Source: Carcharhinus amblyrhynchos (taxonomy: Eukaryota). Taken from it: a DNA stretch of 64,000 bases. The position numbers and the translations under genes were made by a program. The first letter of the stretch is position 1. Every line of letters begins with the position of its first letter. The DNA lies in contig OZ336880.1 in NCBI GenBank assembly GCA_965287045.1, positions 43,338,001 through 43,402,000 of the forward strand, written 5' to 3'. The notes under the pieces are model-generated. The model had not been told where the DNA came from and did no database searches. It saw nothing but the letters and a program-made list of their open reading frames with translations. Shown here piece by piece: positions 63,555 to 64,000 of this stretch.

Positions 63555-64000
63555 ACCATAGAATGGTTATAGCATGGGAGAAGACCATTCTGTCCGCCAT
63601 GTCTGTGCTAGTTCTCTGAAGCAGCAATTCACTTATAGCAACTCCTCTGCCTTCTCCCACAGCCCCACACAGTTATAGATAATAATCCAATTCCATCCTG
63701 AATGCCTCAGTTGAACCTGCCTCCACCACACTCTCAAGCATTGCATCCCAAACCCTAATTACTCACTGTGTCAAAACATCTTTCCTCACGTCTCCAATGC
63801 TTCTTTTGCCAATTATCTTAAATAGGGGCCCTTTAGTTCCTTCCACTAATGGGAATAGCTCCTTCCTATCTACTCTGTCCAGGTCCCTCATGATTCTAAA
63901 TACCTCCATCAAATCTCCTCTCAACCTTTTCTTCTCCAAGGTGAACAGTCCCAACTTCTCTAATCCATCTTTGTAACTGAAGCTCCTCATCCCTGGATCC
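63555..64000 (-). mobile_element. CR1 LINE 3' fragment (runs off window end)
   Basis: SYKDGLEKLGLFTLEKKRLRGDLMEVFRIMRDLDRVD, followed by a 3' UTR with a TTCTATG tail. Confidence 0.9.

Overview
Eukaryotic, AT-rich, essentially non-coding DNA from a cartilaginous fish, most likely a shark. This is inferred from the repeat content: HE1/V-SINEs, SacSINE1/DeuSINE-like elements, CR1, RTE, Rex1/Babar, Penelope, Gypsy and Harbinger remnants. I could not identify a host protein-coding gene. The recognisable ORFs are transposon fragments, and the rest look like tandem-repeat or chance ORFs. The window alternates TE-dense nests (4.8-24.7 kb, 35.6-55.6 kb, 61.8-64 kb) with TE-poor stretches rich in Meis/Pbx-Hox motifs (notably 25.4-35.6 kb), which look like conserved regulatory DNA in a gene desert or large intron. 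The most notable observations are: (1) a ~310-bp polyA-tailed, TSD-flanked retroposon at 19034-19340 whose head is U2 snRNA nt 11-40 and whose body carries a second degenerate U2 head and two tandem hairpins with identical bases but different upper stems; (2) a near-perfect, apparently non-TE inverted repeat at 33059-33820; (3) a fold-back Penelope end with minimal hammerhead ribozymes, including a compensatory base-pair change; (4) a 4.5-kb 16-mer satellite with three levels of higher-order structure. Family names were assigned by eye, without database searches, and element boundaries are approximate.
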